From assembly GCA_031425655.1 (NCBI GenBank), contig JANPJS010000326.1, positions 1-47,353 on the forward strand: a DNA stretch of 47,353 nt, written 5' to 3'. This document shows positions 36,886 through 47,353 of the stretch, piece by piece. Position 1 is the first letter of the stretch. Every line of letters starts with the position of its first letter. Origin of the DNA: Abditibacteriaceae bacterium. GTDB taxonomy: Bacteria > Armatimonadota > Abditibacteriia > Abditibacteriales > Abditibacteriaceae. The translations under genes and the position numbers were made by a program. The notes under the pieces are model-generated. The model worked only from the letters and a program-made list of their open reading frames with translations, was not told the DNA's origin and did not search any database.

Positions 36886-37317
36886 ATGAAACTCTTTTCG
36901 GTATCTCCGCGCAAGCACAGGTGGGTCAAGGTAATACTTTCGATCAGCTTAGTCGCTGGACTTGTGTTCTTCTGGGCAGACTACCAATTAAGAAAGTTTG
37001 CCTACTTGTTGGAATCGCGTGGCTTCACACAGTATGTCTCTGAGCTTTATATCCCCAATAAAAGAAGAGACAGCGGAAAGTGGCCAACCACCTTGGATGG
37101 CCTGCCTCAGTTCGTCAAGTCCGATAAAGACTACACCGTAACAGACGACCGATTGAATCGGGTCTTGCGCTATTACAACGAAAGGTTCTATCGCATGGAG
37201 ATCGTGAAGGTCAGCCGTAAAGATTTTGTTTATCGCTTATATACTAAAGAGTGGGTAGCAGCCTGTCGTTCCACAGTCAATCCTGATGGTGGTGACTGTT
37301 GGGATGTAATACAATAG
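36886..37317 (+). CDS. Hypothetical single-TM protein
   Basis: 143 aa, N-terminal TM helix, C-terminal Cys pair; AT-richer than its neighbours. Confidence 0.65.
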   Translation: MKLFSVSPRKHRWVKVILSISLVAGLVFFWADYQLRKFAYLLESRGFTQYVSELYIPNKRRDSGKWPTTLDGLPQFVKSDKDYTVTDDRLNRVLRYYNERFYRMEIVKVSRKDFVYRLYTKEWVAACRSTVNPDGGDCWDVIQ

Positions 37318-37423
37318 CACGTTCGAGGGGTGCCCTTACTAATGTGCTGAATCTCTGAACGAGTGACATTTATAGTATTCCTCCTGCCGAACCTTGAAAA
37401 ACAGGCGTTTATCAGGGAATTCA

Positions 37424-37471
37424 AAACAAGAGCGCCCGCTGCGAATCATTTCGCAGCGGGCGCTCTTGTTT
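37424..37471. terminator. Terminator of rpoC, probably bidirectional
   Basis: Perfect 22-bp stem AAACAAGAGCGCCCGCTGCGAA / TTCGCAGCGGGCGCTCTTGTTT. Confidence 0.88.
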
Positions 37472-37483
37472 ACAACTCAGCTT

Positions 37484-42193
<4,710 letters not shown>

Positions 42194-42212
42194 ATTAAGG
42201 TTCTCCTCTTTG

Positions 42213-42282
42213 GAATTAAGAATTGAGAATGAAGAATGGAGAATGGAGAAATTCACTATTCTTCATTCTCAATTCTTAATTC
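42213..42282. repeat. Heptamer-repeat hairpin upstream of rpoC
   Basis: Perfect 25-bp inverted arms 42213-42237 / 42258-42282 made of AGAATKR-type 7-mers. Confidence 0.9.
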
Positions 42283-42284
42283 AC

Positions 42285-42557
42285 TCAGGGTTCGGTTGGG
42301 GACGGCAATTGCTTCAGTCGCAGTTCGGCGCGTTCGACTTCGAGTTGAAAGCGGGTAACCACATTTTCGATGGTGCCTCGATCAAACTCGCGCGCATCCT
42401 CAAGCCGCAGCACGCGCTCTTCGAGGCTGCGAATTCTTGCTTCGAGGTTTTGCACTTGCTGGTCTTGGCGCACTTGCTCTTGCTTGAGGTGCGTTTGTTC
42501 CTGATCCAGCGTCAGCAATCGCACCGTTAGTTGCCCGATTTGTTCCAGAAATCCCAT
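42285..42557 (-). CDS. Small coiled-coil hypothetical protein (90 aa)
   Basis: GGAGG RBS; heptad pattern LEARIRSLEERVLRLE. Confidence 0.8.
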   Translation of the reverse strand: MGFLEQIGQLTVRLLTLDQEQTHLKQEQVRQDQQVQNLEARIRSLEERVLRLEDAREFDRGTIENVVTRFQLEVERAELRLKQLPSPTEP

Positions 42558-42810
42558 CTGCCCTCCGGTTCAATGCTTCTAAACGGTCATTACTGGCTTG
42601 CATCGCTTCGCGCATCTCACGCACTCTGGCGATAACACTGTCTGCCGCCGCAATCGCCGCGGCAAACGCTGCCTCTTCTTCCGGGGTCAATTCACGGTCT
42701 TCGACTTCTGTAAACACCGGGCCATCAGCACCCGCTGTTTCTTTCATCCAGATCAGTTGCCCTTTACGCGGGCCGGAAATGACTACGGCTTCATAAATCG
42801 CTTCACTCAT
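42400..42810 (-). CDS. Hypothetical protein with acidic/helical core; C-terminal tail overlaps the next gene
   Basis: AAAGGGGGG RBS; the first ~84 aa look protein-like; the remainder is an alternative frame of 42285-42557. Confidence 0.65.
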   Translation of the reverse strand: MSEAIYEAVVISGPRKGQLIWMKETAGADGPVFTEVEDRELTPEEEAAFAAAIAAADSVIARVREMREAMQASNDRLEALNRRADGISGTNRATNGAIADAGSGTNAPQARASAPRPASAKPRSKNSQPRRARAAA

Positions 42811-42826
42811 GCCGCCCCCCTTTCAG

Positions 42827-42900
42827 AATTTTGAATTATAAATTTTGAATTTTGAATTGCAGTCCGCTAATTCAAAATTCAAAACTCAAAATTCAAAATT
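42827..42900. repeat. Heptamer-repeat hairpin downstream of rpoB
   Basis: AATTTTG / AATTCAA 7-mer arms 42827-42858 and 42869-42900, 29/32 complementary. Confidence 0.9.
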
Positions 42901-42905
42901 GCCGT

Positions 42906-45900
42906 TTAGCGTCCATCCTCGAACTCGTCTTCCACTTCTTTGAGTTCCATGACGTTGCCGTCCTCATCTTCGACTTCGACTTGCAAAGCCAAACTTTGCA
43001 ATTCTTTGACGAGGATTTTGAACGATTCGGGCACGCCGGGTTCGAGCACGCTCTCGCCCTTGACGATGGATTCGTAAGTCTTCACGCGGCCCGCCACATC
43101 GTCGGATTTGATCGTGAGAATTTCCTGAAGCGTGTGCGCCGCGCCATAGGCTTCGAGTGCCCACACTTCCATTTCTCCGAATCGCTGTCCGCCGAACTGC
43201 GCCTTGCCGCCCAATGGCTGCTGCGTCACAAGGCTGTATGGGCCGGTCGAGCGGGCGTGAATTTTGTCTTCAACCAAGTGGTGAAGCTTCATCATGTAAA
43301 CCTGCCCGACAGCCACCGCTTGCGCGAATTGCTCGCCGGTGCGTCCGTCGTAAAGCACGCATTTGCCGGTCACCGGGTCGTAGCCGGTGCGCTTTTGCAC
43401 CACTTCGCGCACCGCTTTAGTCAGCAAATCAGCCTTGCGATTGCGGTCGCTGCGATGAAATTCTTCGTAAGACGTGTTGATCTGGTCGCCCAATTGATCC
43501 AATCGCTCATCGTCTAATTTACGCAGCACTTCGGTCATCGCGGCGCTCAGCGTTTCGAGTTGGTCGCCTTCGTCGGCGTCGCTGTTGTCATCGAAAGGCA
43601 CGTCCAATTCCAATTCGCTTTCGATGTAATTGCGTAATGACACCACTTGAAGCTGGTTAGCGACACGGCGCATTCCGTCGTAGATTTCGGCTTCTTTGGC
43701 GCCCGCGAAAATCGGGTTGATAAAATCGGTTCCGAAGTGCTTGCCAACGAGACCGAGGTGCATTTCCAAAATCTGACCGATGTTCATGCGCGAAGGCACG
43801 CCCAGAGGGTTGAGAATGATGTCAACCGGAGTTCCGTCCGGCATGAAAGGCATATCGGCAAGCGGCAGGATTTTCGAGACGACACCCTTGTTGCCGTGAC
43901 GCCCCGCCATCTTGTCGCCTTCCATGATTTTGCGCTTTTGCGCCACATAAACGCGCACCATTTGATTGGTTCCGGCGCGCAGTTCGTCGCCGGGGCGCTT
44001 GTCCATCGGCACGCCGGTTTCGGGGCAAATCGGACGCTCAGGGTCGCTGACGAACGCAAAAGTCGCCATGCGCTCGGCTTCGCCTTCGGTCATGTTGTCG
44101 CGGCGATGCTTTTCGTAAAGCGCCTGGGAAAAATACTTGTGCCGCGCGAAAATCTGCACGCCGACAACAGTGCCTTTCTCGCCGTGCGGCATTCGCAGCG
44201 ATGCGTCACGCGATTCCTCGGCTTTTTTGCCGAAAATCGCAATGACGAGGCGCTCTTCCGCCGACAATTCGCCTTGCGATTTGGGCGCGATTTTGCCGAC
44301 TAAAATGTCCTGCGGGAACACTTCGGCGCCGACACGCACGATGCCGAATTCGTCCAAGTTTTTCAACTGATCTTCGCCGACGTTGGGAATATCGCGCGTG
44401 ATTTCTTCGGGGCCAAGTTTGGTGTCGCGCGCCTCGACTTCGTATTTCTCGATGTGCATCGAAGTCAGGCAGTCTTCGCGCGTCACACGCTCGCTCAGAA
44501 TAATCGCGTCTTCGTAGTTGTAGCCTTCCCACAGCGCGAACGCGACCGTGAGGTTGTGCCCCAGCGCCAATTCGCCGCCGTTGGTGGACGGCCCATCGGC
44601 AATCGGGTCGCCGACTTTGACGCGGTCGCCTTTCTGCACAATCGGCTTCTGGTGAATACACGTCGCCTGGTTCGAGCGCACGAAAGTGCGCAGCGGATGC
44701 TCAACCAATTCGCCGTCATACGAGCGAATTTTGACCATGCGCGCCGTCACGTCTTCGACCACGCCTTCGACTTCGGAAACCGCAACGGCGCCCGAATCGC
44801 GCGCGGCGCGCTCTTCGACGCCGGTTTTTACCATCGGCACCTGCGGGCGGAGCAGCGGAACGGCTTGGCGCTGCATATTCGATCCCATCAGCGCGCGGTT
44901 GGCGTCGTCGTGTTCGAGGAAGGGAATCAGCGCCGTCGGAATCGAAAAGACCTGCAACGGCGATAAGTCAATAAATTCGATTTCGTCGTGCGGCACTTGC
45001 GGGTGAGTCTGGCCGCGCCGGACTTGCACCAATTCTTCGAGAAACGAGCCGTCTTGAGCCACTTCCGCCGAAGCCGAGGCGATAGTCACGCCTTCTTCTT
45101 CGTCGGGCGACAAATAACGAATGTCGCGCGTGACTTTCAAGTCTTTCACGATGCGATAAGGCGTCAGCAAAAAGCCGTATTCGTCAATGCGGCCATACGT
45201 CGCCAGCGAGCCGATAAGGCCGATGTTCGGGCCTTCGGGCGTTTCAATCGGGCAAATGCGGCCATAGTGCGAGTGGTGAACGTCGCGCACTTCGAGCTTG
45301 GCCGATTGGCGTGAAAGTCCGCCAGGGCCGAGAACCGAAAGACGACGCTTGTGCGCCAATTCCGCCAACGGGTTCGTTTGATCCATGAACTGCGACAACT
45401 GGCCGCTGCCAAAGAACGAACGCACCGCAGCCGTGATCGGCTTAATGGAAATCACAGCTTGTGCGGTCACGGATTCGCGGTCGAGCGAGGTTAAACGCTC
45501 GCGCGCCACGCGCTCCATACGCAGCATTCCCGAACGAAGCTGATTTTGCAGCAGTTCGCCGACGCTGCGCACGCGCTTGTTGCGCAAGTGGTCAATGTCG
45601 TCGCTGCCGTATTTCTCTTCTTCGCCCTTGTCCATCTCGATGAGGTAACGAATACCAAGAACGAGGTCATCAAGTGTCAGCGTGTGAATACTGGTCGGCA
45701 CTACGCCGGTCAGCTTTTTGTTGAGTTTGTAGCGTCCTACGCGGCCCAAATCGTAGCGTTTTGGGTCGAAAAAGTAGGAATTTAAGAGGTTGCGCGCCGA
45801 TTCCTGCGTCGGAGGGTCGCCGGGACGCTGCGCCTTGTGAACTTCGGCCAGCGCCATCATTTCCATCGTGGTCGGGTCTTCTTCGCGGCCCCGCTCTTCG

Positions 45901-47126
45901 CGCACGCGGTCGAGCGCAAGCGCGCCGGCCAACATCGGCGTCAGGCGATAAACCTGCACGTTCTGCGAGTTGATACGCAAAATTTTCTCAATCGCGTCCG
46001 AATCAATGTGCGAATAAGCGCGCACGATGACTTTTTTGCCGTCGCCGTCGTGCAAGTCCTGCGCGAGAAAATAGCTGTGTTCGCGGTCATTGCCGCTGGC
46101 CGATGGCTCGGTCAGGTTTTCGGCGTTGACTTCGGTAATGGTGCGCTTTTCGCCGAATAATTCGAGAATCTGGCGCGAAGTAGCGCACTGCAAACGCGGC
46201 GCGCTGACATCAATGGCGGGATTGCCACGAAGCGCCTTCAATTTGGCCGCGACGGCGTCGTCAATGAGTTGCCCGGCTTCGGCAATGAGTTCGCCTGTGT
46301 CGTAATCAATGACCTGCTCGGCCAAGATACGACCTTTGAGTTTCGGGCTGTTGGGCGCGAGGGATTCGTTGCGGCGCGCGTGCGGTTGGGCCACGTCCAT
46401 CGCCGAAAAAGCGCGCAGCAGCGTGGTGATCGGCATCCGCTTGGACTGGCCGATTTTCACGCCGAGCATGATCGAAACGTCTTTGGCGGCTTCTTCGGTG
46501 ACTTCGGCATCAACCCAGGCGCCTTCTTGCGGGATAATCTGCATTTGCAGCAGACGGCGGCCCGAATAAGCGATTTCTTCCTTGAAATAAGCGCCCGGCG
46601 ACCGCGACAACTGCGCCACCACGACGCGCTCGGCGCCGTTGATAATGAAGGTGCCGCGCGATGTCATGCAAGGCAATTCGCCTAAATAGACTTCGGATTC
46701 TTTGAGTTCGCCGGTTTCTTTGTTGACGACGCGAACCTTGACCTTCATCGGCATTTCGTAGGTCAAATCGCGTTCGCGGCACTCATCGGGCGTGAATTTG
46801 GGTTCGCCTAACGTGTAGTCGAGAAATTCCAGTGACATCGCGCCGGTGAAGTCTTCGATAGGCGAAAACGAGTCGAATAACTCGCGCAGGCCTTCGTTGA
46901 GGAACCATTGATACGATTCCAACTGCATTTCGACCAAGTTGGGAATGTCGATGCCCTCGAATTGACGAAGACTCGACCGATCCGTGGCCGATTTGACAAT
47001 AGTGGCTTTTTCAATAGGGCGACCATAGCCGATGGTGGCCAGCTCGGTGCGAGTGAACTGCTCGTCCCAGTGGCTCCGGCTACCGACGCGCTTCTGACGG
47101 ACTTCTCCGCCAATACTCAGCGCCAT
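42906..47126 (-). CDS. rpoB: DNA-directed RNA polymerase subunit beta
   Basis: [45 protein letters not shown] and [17 protein letters not shown]. Confidence 0.99.
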   Translation of the reverse strand: MALSIGGEVRQKRVGSRSHWDEQFTRTELATIGYGRPIEKATIVKSATDRSSLRQFEGIDIPNLVEMQLESYQWFLNEGLRELFDSFSPIEDFTGAMSLEFLDYTLGEPKFTPDECRERDLTYEMPMKVKVRVVNKETGELKESEVYLGELPCMTSRGTFIINGAERVVVAQLSRSPGAYFKEEIAYSGRRLLQMQIIPQEGAWVDAEVTEEAAKDVSIMLGVKIGQSKRMPITTLLRAFSAMDVAQPHARRNESLAPNSPKLKGRILAEQVIDYDTGELIAEAGQLIDDAVAAKLKALRGNPAIDVSAPRLQCATSRQILELFGEKRTITEVNAENLTEPSASGNDREHSYFLAQDLHDGDGKKVIVRAYSHIDSDAIEKILRINSQNVQVYRLTPMLAGALALDRVREERGREEDPTTMEMMALAEVHKAQRPGDPPTQESARNLLNSYFFDPKRYDLGRVGRYKLNKKLTGVVPTSIHTLTLDDLVLGIRYLIEMDKGEEEKYGSDDIDHLRNKRVRSVGELLQNQLRSGMLRMERVARERLTSLDRESVTAQAVISIKPITAAVRSFFGSGQLSQFMDQTNPLAELAHKRRLSVLGPGGLSRQSAKLEVRDVHHSHYGRICPIETPEGPNIGLIGSLATYGRIDEYGFLLTPYRIVKDLKVTRDIRYLSPDEEEGVTIASASAEVAQDGSFLEELVQVRRGQTHPQVPHDEIEFIDLSPLQVFSIPTALIPFLEHDDANRALMGSNMQRQAVPLLRPQVPMVKTGVEERAARDSGAVAVSEVEGVVEDVTARMVKIRSYDGELVEHPLRTFVRSNQATCIHQKPIVQKGDRVKVGDPIADGPSTNGGELALGHNLTVAFALWEGYNYEDAIILSERVTREDCLTSMHIEKYEVEARDTKLGPEEITRDIPNVGEDQLKNLDEFGIVRVGAEVFPQDILVGKIAPKSQGELSAEERLVIAIFGKKAEESRDASLRMPHGEKGTVVGVQIFARHKYFSQALYEKHRRDNMTEGEAERMATFAFVSDPERPICPETGVPMDKRPGDELRAGTNQMVRVYVAQKRKIMEGDKMAGRHGNKGVVSKILPLADMPFMPDGTPVDIILNPLGVPSRMNIGQILEMHLGLVGKHFGTDFINPIFAGAKEAEIYDGMRRVANQLQVVSLRNYIESELELDVPFDDNSDADEGDQLETLSAAMTEVLRKLDDERLDQLGDQINTSYEEFHRSDRNRKADLLTKAVREVVQKRTGYDPVTGKCVLYDGRTGEQFAQAVAVGQVYMMKLHHLVEDKIHARSTGPYSLVTQQPLGGKAQFGGQRFGEMEVWALEAYGAAHTLQEILTIKSDDVAGRVKTYESIVKGESVLEPGVPESFKILVKELQSLALQVEVEDEDGNVMELKEVEDEFEDGR

Positions 47127-47353
47127 AAAAATTCTCCTCGAATCTCAAAAAGATACGCCTGATGGCAAATTCCAATGGAATTCACTGGGACTTCGCCCGG
47201 ACGCGACACAAAACCCGGCGGCCATACGACTCCGCCCGGCGTAATTGTTAATTTAGCTCCGGTTTAAGGCGTTCAAAAAGACGTGGTTACGGTTTTCAAC
47301 TGTGGTGCGACGATGAGGGAAACGTCGTCGCGGGGGTGTATCCAAAGCGTCAG

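Noticed and set aside
42194..42256. N-terminal extension [15 protein letters not shown] of RpoC
   Set aside because: It is the translation of the heptamer repeat; a strong RBS precedes ATG 42193.

Overview
Bacterial chromosomal window, moderately GC-rich. The rpoB/rpoC sequences, the DUF1559 prepilin-like genes and the gene repertoire suggest Armatimonadota/Abditibacteriota (inference, no search run). From left to right it contains: (1) a toxin-antitoxin cluster (vapBC plus PemK/MazF modules) in which the 3' end of the mazF-like gene recurs four times as a direct repeat; (2) an AT-richer three-gene Menshen-like defence system; (3) ppdK, with an HNH/coiled-coil module upstream bracketed by a 107-bp duplicate of the ppdK 5' end; (4) carbohydrate and redox genes; (5) a ferritin-like pair, a split DUF4331 pair, a TPR protein and two His-rich Ni/Co-transporter-like genes; (6) two integron-type cassettes with attC sites and no integrase in the window; (7) DAACS symporter, GH29, two prepilin-like genes, glycosyltransferase, FG-GAP protein, FMN reductase and a beta-helix protein; (8) rpoC and rpoB, separated by two coiled-coil genes flanked by heptamer-repeat hairpins. 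Several nested palindromic intergenic elements are present. No rRNA, tRNA or CRISPR array was seen.
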